From: Barthelona sp. PCE
Taxonomy: Eukaryota
NCBI GenBank assembly: GCA_040285745.1
Contig: JAUFOR010000003.1
Coordinates: forward strand, 1,302,001-1,366,000
Direction: 5' to 3'
Length of the DNA: 64,000 nucleotides
In this document: positions 27,307 to 38,016 of the stretch, one piece after another
Position numbering within the stretch: the first letter of the stretch is position 1
How the letters are laid out: the number at the start of each line of letters is the position of its first letter
Notes under the pieces: generated by a model
Databases searched by the model: none
The model's input: only the letters and a program-made list of their open reading frames with translations
What the model was told of the DNA's origin: nothing
Program-made: the position numbers and the translations under genes

Positions 27307-27477
27307 GTTTTTTGATGTGCAATGATCCACACTGTGTGGTGGTAATAAATTTTAGCATCAAAAGACTTCGCTTCTCTTTTAGCCATCCTCGTTTTCAGTG
27401 ATGCAGTAAGATATAGCGTGGAAAAATCATATATACCACGTTATGGCTGACAGGTTTTGTATTTTACAGCGTTAGCC
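27307..27477 (+). ncRNA. Candidate structured RNA (H/ACA-like two-hairpin layout, or structured leader)
   Basis: Hand-found stems of 12, 8, 7 and 7 bp whose non-Watson-Crick pairs are all G-U on the + strand. ACA at 27450. Confidence 0.3.
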
Positions 27478-27505
27478 GATTTATTACTCTTTCATTGTCT
27501 TTGAA

Positions 27506-28729
27506 ATGATTGCAAAGAGGTTACGTCGTATTTTAAACAACACACGGCCAAGTGGAGCCCGGCGACGCAGTATAGACAGTCTCACATATTCATATTTCAT
27601 CGATAAGGTAGACACACAGTGCCTTTGTATTCCAAAGTTAGATTCAAGCGACACTCTTTATTCCAAGTTCTACGAGGCTTCCCAGCGTAAGAAGATTGAT
27701 GACTTTCAGCTAATTTTGGACAAATTGAGTGAAATTCACCGAATTTTTCTTTCTTATGGTAAAGAATACATTTCCTATGAACAAACACTCAACACCCTCA
27801 AACAATTTTTGGGTGATGATATTGCTGGAGATCTTTTAAGCTCAGAAACCTTTTATAAGCACGGATTACAATCAGGTCCACATAAAATTACAGGAGAGAT
27901 TCTTATCAAGGGACTACTTTCAGATATATCCAAGTTGCAGCTTTTCTTTCTTTTCCCCGAGTTTTCAAGAAAATCTGATTATATATCGCTTTCTGAACTT
28001 AACCTTGCATTGCAAACATACATAACAACGAACGAGCTCTGTCAGGAAATCTCAGAGTCGTTCGTGAGCGTATATGTACAGGCTTCAGTATGTATCATGA
28101 GATATTTTTTTTGTACACTCACGGATGGCGGCTTTTATTTCAGTGATTTACTGAATAATATGTTACTCAATGACTTCTTTGACGCACTCACGGCGGAGGA
28201 AATTGACTATAGGAATCATTTTACAGTGCAAAAGATACACAAGCTTGTTGAAATATTCCAAATGTTCGACACAGACATGGACAACCATCTTGATCGTATC
28301 GGCTTGCATCAGTTATGGCCCGACCGGTCCAGTATATTCCTGGATCGGCTGTTTGAAGTATTGGCGACAGAAAAAGGTATTGCCTTCGAGCATTATGTGA
28401 TGATCCAGTTAATGAGAGCCCACAACGACACAAAACTTGCCAAGCATGTTATCTTCAGGATGCTTTGCCTCACAAACGAGGATGGGTTTTCGTATGAGGA
28501 TCTCAGCAATTTTCTGAGGTATTCCAGCTCTGAGCGAGTGCATACCGAAACAGGGTTCACATTGAATACTGTTGAACGCAAACTTATGAGCATGTGGGAC
28601 CGATTTGGCGGCGGGTTCGACTATTCTACAGGAGAAGTAGCGGGAATTGTTAAGTTCACAGAGTTTATAAAATCACCAAACTTTCAAGAAACCTTCTTTT
28701 TGCTGTCTGAATATCAAGATAACATGTAA
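27506..28729 (+). CDS. EF-hand protein resembling a PP2A B'' regulatory subunit (divergent)
   Basis: EF-hand FDTDMDNHLD followed by SSIFLDRLFE...IAFEHYV...VIFRML, the B''/TON2-like arrangement. Confidence 0.6.
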   Translation: MIAKRLRRILNNTRPSGARRRSIDSLTYSYFIDKVDTQCLCIPKLDSSDTLYSKFYEASQRKKIDDFQLILDKLSEIHRIFLSYGKEYISYEQTLNTLKQFLGDDIAGDLLSSETFYKHGLQSGPHKITGEILIKGLLSDISKLQLFFLFPEFSRKSDYISLSELNLALQTYITTNELCQEISESFVSVYVQASVCIMRYFFCTLTDGGFYFSDLLNNMLLNDFFDALTAEEIDYRNHFTVQKIHKLVEIFQMFDTDMDNHLDRIGLHQLWPDRSSIFLDRLFEVLATEKGIAFEHYVMIQLMRAHNDTKLAKHVIFRMLCLTNEDGFSYEDLSNFLRYSSSERVHTETGFTLNTVERKLMSMWDRFGGGFDYSTGEVAGIVKFTEFIKSPNFQETFFLLSEYQDNM

Positions 28730-28760
28730 CACACGATTGTATATACTTTACTATGTTATG

Positions 28761-31700
28761 CTATAGGAAACTGAGCCAGCCGGGGTACATCTTGGATAAG
28801 TTTGTTTTAGAAGTAGCTTCAGCAACAAGCAAGCGTACTTGCTGCTTTGTGCTGCGCTGTAAACCACCAGTTATACCGTTCAGCTTTGCCTGAAGGATTG
28901 TCAAGAGCTCTTTTGATGAACGTTTCTGAACGTTTGGAAGTTTCTCAAAATCGGAAAGAATACAGTCGAAAACGCCCAACAGAGCACGGGAATTCTCCCT
29001 GAGGATATCGAGGGTGTTGATCGCGGACGGATTAAATACGTTCTGCATTCCGTATGGTCCAAATGCATGCTCGATTTGTCCTGTTAATCTGAAAGGTACG
29101 AGCTCTGGCACGCTTAGACGATATCCTGAATCGAATAGGAAGCCGAAGTCAATGTGAACCATGGCTCCTGTATTATAGTCCATCATGACGTTCTCAAGAT
29201 GGCGATCGCCTAAACCTAATATGTAACCAACCATAGACCACTGGGCTGCCGACACAACAAAGCGATTTCGCATGAGATACACGGCTTGGTGTGAAAGTCG
29301 CGCCTTTGTAAATCCGTTGTGGTGGAAGTAGTGTCCGAGAACGGGTGGGAAAAATTTCTTAAGCCCTTCAAAATATGAAAGGTTTTCGTTGACATGCTTC
29401 GATGACCATGTCGCCGGTTTTCTCTGCCTTCCTTTGCTCTGAGGCCACGTTGCCCACCAGCTTGCTGCCTTCTGACCGATCGTATCGCCATTGATTTCAT
29501 ACCTCATATACCCATAAACTTTGGAGAGAGAGTCACGTATCGGTTCAACATTCTCTATAAATTCAAGGATTCCACCACCACCCGCCGTGCCGCTCTTATT
29601 GATGTACTTTGTCATCACATCAGGTTTAGAGTTAAGAAGAGGGATAGCAGAATATGTGTTACAATAAGCGCGCTGTTTAGTTTTTGCAGTAAATAACGTG
29701 TTGAGAACACCGACCACGTCCAACGCGCGGTTGTCCAACCTGACATCATCCATTGCTTTTGCAATAAGGACACGCTTAATACCATCCGAACAATTGAACT
29801 CCAACTTACGAGGGGAAGTCTTGCTTGCAAAGACATACAGCTGTGGTTTCCAGTCTCGCAGCACCGGGCCATCGTTAGCTGCCCTCTTGAGTCCCATAAT
29901 CGACGGGAATAAGATGTTTGTTGACGCTAGGAGACGATTCACCTTCTTTGACACGTCACTGCGGACACGGTGTTTTCCCTTGCTGTACTCGGTAGTAAGG
30001 ATCGAGAAGAAGCAAGACTGTACGAGTGAGATCGAGTACTGTAGGACTGGATGTTGTGCATTCTTCGACTTGATCAATCGCGCGAAAAACCGACTCACCT
30101 TACTGTACCCACGATCATTGACTTGCTCAATGCCGATCTCAGTGGTGTGAGACAGTTTGAAGAAGACGCTGGTGGCGAATAAGCTTGATATAAGATGCCA
30201 TATAGCTTGAGAAGCGTGGGTTTCGAAAACATGCTCAAGCACACTTGTTAGCCACTCATGCAGGTCGCTCTCCATTATCGAACGCGCCTTGCTGATGATC
30301 TGTGGCAGTACATGCAGCCACCTGAACGCAGGGAGACTCTGTACATCGTCTGTTGAAGTGGGAAGTTTTGTTGTGAGTGCCGCCATCAATGCTCGTGAAA
30401 AATCAGATTTCTTCGTGTTGAAGTCAAGATGGACACGGGTGATCATCGACACGACTCTCTCAAGCGCAACCGTGACATCTAGGCTCTCTTCATCGCACAG
30501 AGAAATTGCGGTGATGTAGGAACGCACGCTGGTAAGAATTAAGTTCGCGCACTCTTCAGTATTGAACACCGCTGCGTCTGTCTGGAGATGGACAGGCTTT
30601 GCCTCATAGGATGAGTACGATTGCTGCGACTGTTCGTACATGTTCCCTGTTTGGGTGCCCGGGAATTGGTCAAATGCGGCGCCACTGGTTGGTCCGAAAA
30701 TGAGCCCCTGTGCCTCCAGTACGCTTGTTGTGAGTGTGTCAAGGAACAGGGCGTGTTGATAGAAGAGTTTCGATTTGTTCTCGCTGTCAAGATCTACCTC
30801 GGTGACTCGTGAATACAACATCAGCAATTCATCAGTAGCCAGCGCCTTTTGTTTCTCCAGGATTTGCGCAATGTAAAGGGTGGTATAGCACTCCTCATCG
30901 CTTAGGGGGCTCTGTAACTGTGACATTTTCCACCGTTTTGCGTTTGAACGCTGCATCGTCAGCTCAATACAAAGATTGACCGCCTCTTTGCTTGGTTTAG
31001 GCAGGGATGCCTCCAACTTCAGGCGGTACAGCACCTTTTGTAGGGCACTAAATGAATCACTGTGCTCCAAAAGACATCTCAGCAAATCTTGCTTCTTTGA
31101 CTCATGAACTGCCTTGTCCGCACATATGTTCGCGTATATATCGCGTGTGAGCATTCCGATTGAGTAAGCGAGGTCAATGACACGTGGGTCAAACGATCGC
31201 AGACGTGTGTATGTGAGTTGTGATGCATCAAAATGCTCAAAGTTTTTGATGAACAAATACGAGTCTTCCAAACATCGAAGACGTATAAGGGCGTTCAGGG
31301 TTTGGGAAGGAGAACGGTCGCTTACTAACAGTTTCATGAGCTTACTTACGCGATCACTCACGTATGTGCTGCGCTTCTTAGCGTTAAGCAACATTAGCGG
31401 ACCAAAATCAACGTAAGATGTCTCAGACATACTCTTTTCCAGCATGTCCCATCTCCCTAGTTCAAAAGCCGCTTCGGCAGTTAAGTTTTGGTTAATAAGA
31501 CGATATCTTCGCTCAGACAACAAATTATCATAGCGTTTCAACAGTTCAAACATCTCACTGTACATCTTTCTTTGTTTGAGTTCTACACAAAGCTGTAGGA
31601 CCTCGACAACTGAACCAGCAGTGTTGCCTTTGAGAACAAAAGTGTTGTACAGGGATTCGAAATTGAGAAAACCATCACGCATCGACTGTTCTTCTGATGG

Positions 31701-34700
31701 GGGTACAGAAAGTTCTGCTTTGGCATCCAAGTTCTGCTGTTGGGCGACAGCGCGTTCACCAGTGATCTCAATTGTGGCGCGTATTAATTTGTCAAAATCA
31801 TCACTGACAATATACGGATACAGCTCAGACGTTGTGACTGGCTTCATATTGATGCTGGCAAACGTGGGGGTATCAGCTAATAATCCCGTGAGTTCCTCCC
31901 TACGGCATAGCAAATCAAATACACGATGGTAATCTCCGATTTCAAAGGCCGCTCGTGATTTGAGATTATGTGGAATGAGTAATAAGAACACCTCGATTGC
32001 ATCGTAGTGGGTATTGGGTGGCGCCTTTGCCTTGGGACGGTGACCCGGCATCCAACCGGTAAGTGTTTTATAGCATGAACTCGCAACAACGACTCTATGC
32101 TTTTTTGGCTGTGTGCGTACACGTTTTCCAGAAATAAATTTAAAGGGAAACTTTGCGTTTTTGAAATGACAGAATGCCTCCAATTTATCCAGAGTTCTAA
32201 AAACAAGAGCTGCGACTGTTGGCCATATTGTTGACTTTTGAGGAGTTAACAAACGAATTATTGTTTCTAATACTAAATCTAAAGATGTAACTTTCTTTCT
32301 TGAAAAGTCAACAAGATCATTAACGGGTGGGTTACCAAGGTCGTATTTCTCGTTGAGGGATGACGACACAGAGTCCTCGATGATCTGAAATATCATGTAC
32401 GGTAGTGCAAACTCAAATACCTCCAGAGAATGAATGGCGAGTGCGGTGAGTTTCTGAAATACCCAATCAGGGTGAAGACCACTCATGAATTGCATGAAGT
32501 ACACTGCAAAGATGTTGTACGTGGCGAAGCGTGGTACGCAACATATGTCGTCAAGACTCACGATCTTTGTGTAATCGCTCTCACTTCTGAAGTGTGAGTT
32601 GCAAATCAAGCTCAATGTCTGTGTGTAAGGCAGCTTCTTAATGATCTCGGGCGACTCTGCAACCAAGCTTTGTACGATAGGTGCTTGACACCCTCCCACG
32701 AAACCAGAGCTCAGCAACTGGGGAATGAGGAAATTTCTCAATAGATAAAGTTTCAGCTCGTGCACCGCGTGAGACCCGAACAGTTCAAACGTCTCTGGCT
32801 GTGTGTATCGTGCACCTTGCCATATTTCCTCAAGGATATTCCATTGGATATGTGAAAGAACGCAGGAAACTGACGCTGAGTATGATTCGTCAAGGGTAAC
32901 CAGCCGCTTCATATTTGTGACCACGAATGCGATACTGCGGAGGTCTGTGTCCGAGTGTTGGTATTCATCATGTGGGAAATAGCTTCCAAAGTACACACGA
33001 TATTTTAGTAAAACAACAGCAAGTTGTCTACAACAAAGTCTGCTTAGCGGTGGGTGTGATAAGGCAAACGCTGCGTCAACAAGTGTCCAGTAATCAAAGA
33101 TGGCCTCTGTTAAATCCAAATCAATATTGTTGCTTGGATTGAGCAATGATCCCATTTGCTGTGTATCTGTTTTGCAATATGCCCATTTGAGCAGATTGTG
33201 GAACTTTGCATCGAGCATGCGGGCTAACCAGTGTTTCTCCATTGTCTTGAGATCACCTTTGAAGTAGATACTCTCAAATAAGAAAATCATTAGGTTATTG
33301 TCAAATGGTGGTTCACTCTCTCTGTTTTGATGAATTTGGCGAAATACACAGCTGTTTGGGATAGCATCAGTGCGCTCGTTACTGTCAACAGCTGTGTATA
33401 CTCGCTCCAATACCGTCAGACACTCGGTGACTTTTTCTCTGATGATTTGCGAATCGTAGTATACGAAACACTCACTGAGAACACGCAAAAATATCTCTTG
33501 TGACGAGACAAATGCTTCTACGATAGATGGTCTGCAGAAAATGGAAAAGAGGAGGTAGTCAAATTGTTCAACAGAGCTAATAAAGTTATTATCCAATTTC
33601 TCCCTTATAAACCTCACAAAACTAAGATAATACGGTAGGATAGCTATCTTAGAAACAGATTCAACCGACAATCGTGGTACATCAAACAAAAGTGTGCTGA
33701 AAAAAGTGCTTAAAATCGAAAAACTGCCAAAATAATAATCCACAGTCTCATTAAGGCCACGGATGATACCCGTATAAAACCTCATAAACTCCTTTCTAAC
33801 AAAAATTATGTTCATCTTTGTTTGACCCTTTTCATCATCAATGAGCTTTCCCATGTTAGCGGTGAGGTCTGTGCTCCCCTTCATCATGTGTGCATCGGGG
33901 ACAGCCTTCAGAACATATAACGGGAGTTGGGTTGTGAATAGGGGGAAAGGTCTGAATTGTTCTATCATGCCTAGGAGTGTTTTGTATAGGTAATCATTAA
34001 AATTGGCTACTAATGAGCCTGCAAGGCGGGGATAAACACGTTTCACATTCTCAATAATCTCTAAAATAGCATTTTTGTTATTATTGGGAGTTCGTGTGAA
34101 GGATAGAATCAGCCTAACAAAGAACGTTTTAACAGCGTCTCCGTTGATTGTGTAGTCAGACTCGACCTTCTGTGCTTTCTTGTTTTTCACATTTGTCTGC
34201 ACTTCAGTAAAGAACGATTCAAATTGACTATAATAGTTGGAATACTCAAAGATCTTGGATATTACGTCTGGTCTCTTCAGCATGAGCGAGGGACCGATGT
34301 CTCTGAAAGTATCACGAATAAAACAATCAAGATCTGAGTGGAAAAACACACGCAGAAGGAACTGAATCTTTTTTCTACTGTAAGATGTCATGATGCCCGC
34401 AAACAGGTTTGATAGGGTGCTGTTCCAGGGCTTGACGAGTGAAGAAAACCAGTGTTTGAGATATTTTACCTCTGTTTTATGAAAAACGCATTTTCTGGCG
34501 TGAACGCTTTTAAGCAACGACAGAAGCATGTATGGGTTTATACCCGACGAGAATAGCACGATCAGTACACTGTTGAACTCAGAAGAACCTATGCAGATGT
34601 GGTTAGAAGAAAGAATTTTTTCAAAAATATCCAGTCTGCTCTCACTCTGTGCTTTCTTAATGAAGTGACTGATGACAGCGCGTTTAACACCTGGGGCGTG

Positions 34701-35870
34701 GGTCAGCAACAGATCAAAGTGGTCAATAGAAACGTTGTTCAAATCAAGTTCATTAACTTTCCCGTGAACACATTGCTTTACCTGCTCAGGAACATTTCGA
34801 CGCATGCACTCACTGCATAGGAATGATATGTGATATTCACAGACACCTACAGTAACTGGCGTAGAAATTTCTGTTGGATGAACAGAAAACTGAAAGAAGT
34901 CTTTAACGGGTTGATTGGCCATCGAAATCATGCATAAATCATCAATATCAACAAGACTAAGTACTTTAGCAATTTTTTCTGGAACATTAGAAATTTTTAT
35001 AGCTTTTTCTACTGACATGTTAAAAAAACCAATCCAATCTTGAATTTCTTCAGATAATTTCACCACATCCTTTGCATCAATCTGAGAAAACGTTGAAATA
35101 TAACCTAAATTAGCGAAACAAAGTAAATGATTAGAAAAAACTTCTGAAGTCTCCTTACAAAAGGGAAGGGCACGTAAAAATGTATCTATCAAGTACATAC
35201 ATCCATTAGTCTCATTCACCACGTGAAGGATATTGATCAGTTCAGTGACTGTGATATCCAAAAAAGAAAAAAATCTGTTGAAATTAATTGAAAAGGTATT
35301 AACTAAGGTATGTGTAAAAAATTGAAAAGTAAACATTATCTCATTGCGATATATGGCAATGTTATTACGATATAACCTCATTGCCGAATAGTAGTAGATT
35401 GGGATAATGCTAAATATGTGAATTGGTAAACTTGTCATAAAGCATTTGGTATATAGCTGATGAAAGAGAGCCAGGTCGATGACTGTGTCGAATTTTGCTG
35501 CAAAAAATAAACAAAGATAGAGAATATTGTGAGCTGAATTTGTGTCATTGCTGATGGTATTGAACAGTTTTGAGGCTTTATCAGCATCCATATCGGAGAT
35601 ACATGACCTGATCGTCTCTTTAAATGGTGTAAAAACATCACCGTTCTGATTAGAATGCACAAAAAAATGGAAGAACGAGCAAACATCATTGAAGAAGGTT
35701 GTCGTTAAAGGAAAGAACGTTGTTGTGCCCAGTGTAAGATGTTCATAAGCTTTGATAGCCATACAAAGGTTCTCACAAAGAGAAAAAAGCTCTTCGTGAC
35801 TTGTGCATTTGAATATGCGGTTACCACAGACATTAAGTATGACGTGGCGATAGTTGACAACTGGTTCCAT
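28761..35870 (-). CDS. ATR: PIKK-family kinase, ATR/Mec1-like
   Basis: KAMDDVRLD, GYILGLGDRHLEN, HIDFG, VPELVPFRLT and FATC ATSKTNLSKMYPGWLSFL. Confidence 0.82.
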   Translation of the reverse strand: MEPVVNYRHVILNVCGNRIFKCTSHEELFSLCENLCMAIKAYEHLTLGTTTFFPLTTTFFNDVCSFFHFFVHSNQNGDVFTPFKETIRSCISDMDADKASKLFNTISNDTNSAHNILYLCLFFAAKFDTVIDLALFHQLYTKCFMTSLPIHIFSIIPIYYYSAMRLYRNNIAIYRNEIMFTFQFFTHTLVNTFSINFNRFFSFLDITVTELINILHVVNETNGCMYLIDTFLRALPFCKETSEVFSNHLLCFANLGYISTFSQIDAKDVVKLSEEIQDWIGFFNMSVEKAIKISNVPEKIAKVLSLVDIDDLCMISMANQPVKDFFQFSVHPTEISTPVTVGVCEYHISFLCSECMRRNVPEQVKQCVHGKVNELDLNNVSIDHFDLLLTHAPGVKRAVISHFIKKAQSESRLDIFEKILSSNHICIGSSEFNSVLIVLFSSGINPYMLLSLLKSVHARKCVFHKTEVKYLKHWFSSLVKPWNSTLSNLFAGIMTSYSRKKIQFLLRVFFHSDLDCFIRDTFRDIGPSLMLKRPDVISKIFEYSNYYSQFESFFTEVQTNVKNKKAQKVESDYTINGDAVKTFFVRLILSFTRTPNNNKNAILEIIENVKRVYPRLAGSLVANFNDYLYKTLLGMIEQFRPFPLFTTQLPLYVLKAVPDAHMMKGSTDLTANMGKLIDDEKGQTKMNIIFVRKEFMRFYTGIIRGLNETVDYYFGSFSILSTFFSTLLFDVPRLSVESVSKIAILPYYLSFVRFIREKLDNNFISSVEQFDYLLFSIFCRPSIVEAFVSSQEIFLRVLSECFVYYDSQIIREKVTECLTVLERVYTAVDSNERTDAIPNSCVFRQIHQNRESEPPFDNNLMIFLFESIYFKGDLKTMEKHWLARMLDAKFHNLLKWAYCKTDTQQMGSLLNPSNNIDLDLTEAIFDYWTLVDAAFALSHPPLSRLCCRQLAVVLLKYRVYFGSYFPHDEYQHSDTDLRSIAFVVTNMKRLVTLDESYSASVSCVLSHIQWNILEEIWQGARYTQPETFELFGSHAVHELKLYLLRNFLIPQLLSSGFVGGCQAPIVQSLVAESPEIIKKLPYTQTLSLICNSHFRSESDYTKIVSLDDICCVPRFATYNIFAVYFMQFMSGLHPDWVFQKLTALAIHSLEVFEFALPYMIFQIIEDSVSSSLNEKYDLGNPPVNDLVDFSRKKVTSLDLVLETIIRLLTPQKSTIWPTVAALVFRTLDKLEAFCHFKNAKFPFKFISGKRVRTQPKKHRVVVASSCYKTLTGWMPGHRPKAKAPPNTHYDAIEVFLLLIPHNLKSRAAFEIGDYHRVFDLLCRREELTGLLADTPTFASINMKPVTTSELYPYIVSDDFDKLIRATIEITGERAVAQQQNLDAKAELSVPPSEEQSMRDGFLNFESLYNTFVLKGNTAGSVVEVLQLCVELKQRKMYSEMFELLKRYDNLLSERRYRLINQNLTAEAAFELGRWDMLEKSMSETSYVDFGPLMLLNAKKRSTYVSDRVSKLMKLLVSDRSPSQTLNALIRLRCLEDSYLFIKNFEHFDASQLTYTRLRSFDPRVIDLAYSIGMLTRDIYANICADKAVHESKKQDLLRCLLEHSDSFSALQKVLYRLKLEASLPKPSKEAVNLCIELTMQRSNAKRWKMSQLQSPLSDEECYTTLYIAQILEKQKALATDELLMLYSRVTEVDLDSENKSKLFYQHALFLDTLTTSVLEAQGLIFGPTSGAAFDQFPGTQTGNMYEQSQQSYSSYEAKPVHLQTDAAVFNTEECANLILTSVRSYITAISLCDEESLDVTVALERVVSMITRVHLDFNTKKSDFSRALMAALTTKLPTSTDDVQSLPAFRWLHVLPQIISKARSIMESDLHEWLTSVLEHVFETHASQAIWHLISSLFATSVFFKLSHTTEIGIEQVNDRGYSKVSRFFARLIKSKNAQHPVLQYSISLVQSCFFSILTTEYSKGKHRVRSDVSKKVNRLLASTNILFPSIMGLKRAANDGPVLRDWKPQLYVFASKTSPRKLEFNCSDGIKRVLIAKAMDDVRLDNRALDVVGVLNTLFTAKTKQRAYCNTYSAIPLLNSKPDVMTKYINKSGTAGGGGILEFIENVEPIRDSLSKVYGYMRYEINGDTIGQKAASWWATWPQSKGRQRKPATWSSKHVNENLSYFEGLKKFFPPVLGHYFHHNGFTKARLSHQAVYLMRNRFVVSAAQWSMVGYILGLGDRHLENVMMDYNTGAMVHIDFGFLFDSGYRLSVPELVPFRLTGQIEHAFGPYGMQNVFNPSAINTLDILRENSRALLGVFDCILSDFEKLPNVQKRSSKELLTILQAKLNGITGGLQRSTKQQVRLLVAEATSKTNLSKMYPGWLSFL

Positions 35871-36058
35871 TAAAAAATCATAGGAATAATGTGTAAAGGT
35901 TGATTTATCAAAAATCGAAACTTTTATTTAGTGTTAAAGAATTTCACCATTTTAATAACTGTTATAGGGAGTTTAATTAGAGACAACACTGATATGAGTA
36001 TAAAACATACTGTTTTTTATTGGTAGCTACAAAATGTGATAAAGTTAGAAAACTCAGC

Positions 36059-37754
36059 TTATTGACCCCATAGGGTTTCCTCAGCCATTTCTTCCTCATC
36101 AGCGTCCTGCTTGGGACCTTCGCCCTCCTTTGGCACTGACATACCGCTAAGAATATCATCGATACGCAGTAAAAGACAAGCAGCCTCAACCGCCGTCTTA
36201 ATACATTGGGTCTTGACGGTTAGGGGCTCCCAGATGCCGTACTCTCTCATATCAACCATAGTACCTTCGATACCATCGATACCAAAAGTGCTGGCTTCTT
36301 CCTTACCTTGGGCATGCTTGGCACGAAGTTCAGTAATGACACGAATGACATTAGCACCACAGTTAGAAGCGAGTGTGCGAGGAATGACCTCAAGTGCACG
36401 GGCTGCGGCACGATAAGGCCATTGCTTAGCACCTTCAACCTTCTTACCCTCTTCATCAACCATACAGGCAATGGCCATCTCGATGGCACCACCACCGGGG
36501 ACAACACGGGGATCAAGGACAATGTTCTTTGCAACGTTCATGGCATCCTGGATGTTACGCTCGACTTCATTAAGGACATCCTTATTAGCACCACGAAGGA
36601 TAATAGAACAAGCCTTGGGGTCTTCACACTCCTCGAAGAAAGAGATGTACTCATCACCAATCTTACGGACTTCATAGAGATGACACTTGGTACCAACATC
36701 CTCCTCTCTGATCTCATCAGCACGAGAAATAATTGTGGCACCACAAGCCTTAGCAAGACGAATGTTATCGGGCTTACGAAGACGACGAAGCACAGTAACG
36801 TTGTGAGAGTAAAGAATGTGAGAAGCAACCTCAGAAACACCCTTCTCAGTAACAACGATATCGGGCTTAAACTTGAGGAGATCCTCACAAAGACGCTTAA
36901 CGTATTCATCTTCTTGACGAAGGAGCTTATCCCAGTCCTCAGCGGTAGCAACCTCAGAGACAGTGTTGGATTCACCCTTACGATACTCAAGAGGAGTATC
37001 AAGACAAATAATACGAGGGTTCTCGATCTTGCGGCGCATTTCACCGTGGATGACATCCTTCTTGATCATGACACCGTCAAGGACGTAGGAAGTCTCGATT
37101 TCACCACCGGGAATCTTCTCAACACGAGCATACTTCTTCAAATCAACCTCAGTCAGACCCTTGTTCTCGGTCATGACAATGAGAACAGCCTGGAGAGCAA
37201 GGTCAACCATAAGGTCAGCCCAACGTGAGATGAACTTGGTTCCAATAGCGGTCTTGATAAGAGCACGCATGGTTTCACGATCATTGACATCAATGGATTT
37301 GGAAAGGTCATCCAATCCCTTGAGTGCCTTCTCGAGGAACTCGAAGTAAGCAGCAACGATCTGAGTGGGGTGCATGTTACGATCAATGAAAGGTTCGGCA
37401 GCAGAAAGGAATTCAGCAGCCAAAACGACAACAGCGGTTGTTCCGTCACCGCACTCCTCGTCCTGTGCTCTGGCAATGTCTACAAGTGTTCTAGCGGACG
37501 GGTGCTGGGTGTCAATATCCCTGAGAATGGAATGGCCATCAGAAGTGATAACTACGCCAGCCATAGGATCTACGAGCATCTTAAGCATAGCCTGGGGACC
37601 AAGAGTGGTTCGGATAATGTCTCCCACGGTCTTACCGGCATGAATGGAAGTAAGCTGTGCTTTCCTGCCGTGTTCTCTCTGCGTGTTTTGCTCTAAAGGT
37701 TAGAGGCGCTCCAAGGAGTGTGTTCATACCAAGTACTAATACGTTCGAAGACAT
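36059..37754 (-). CDS. CCT3: T-complex protein 1 subunit gamma; complement(join(36059..37692,37730..37754))
   Basis: Spliced N-terminus MSSNVLVLEQNTQREHGRKAQ. GDGTT, YARVEKIPGG and LEYRKGES motifs. Confidence 0.96.
37693..37729 (-). other. Spliceosomal intron, 37 nt, phase 1, in CCT3
   Basis: GTATGA...CTCTAACCTTTAG with CTAAC branch site. Removal supplies the otherwise missing ATG and N-terminus. Confidence 0.93.
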
Positions 37755-38016
37755 CTAGTAATGAAAGGGTGGAAAAGTGAATATGCAGTGTGCGATTGTC
37801 GGTGCGCACACCGTGGGCAGAAATAAAGGCAGGCATTGGCCCTCTTAACATCTTACAATGGCACTGCGGGTTCTGTTTTGGTGTTTTGCCTGTTGTTTGT
37901 TTATTTTTTGAAAAATATAGTTTTTTGCAGTGTTTATGGGGCTTAGCAAAGCCTTAATGCAAGGAATGATGGATAAAAATTCAGAAACCTAAAGAAATAA
38001 AAAATTATCCAATTTG

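Noticed and set aside
36308..37228. Long antisense ORFs over CCT3, and likewise over pepD, H2A, iPGM and DUF1015
   Set aside because: Expected from codon bias: avoiding TTA, CTA and TCA removes antisense stops. The products have no recognisable features.
37816..37946. Long hairpin and RNase MRP-like ATGGGGCTTA (also AACGGGGCTT at 15532)
   Set aside because: The pairing relies on a G/T-rich strand that pairs promiscuously, and no GAAAGTCCCC partner for P4 was found upstream.
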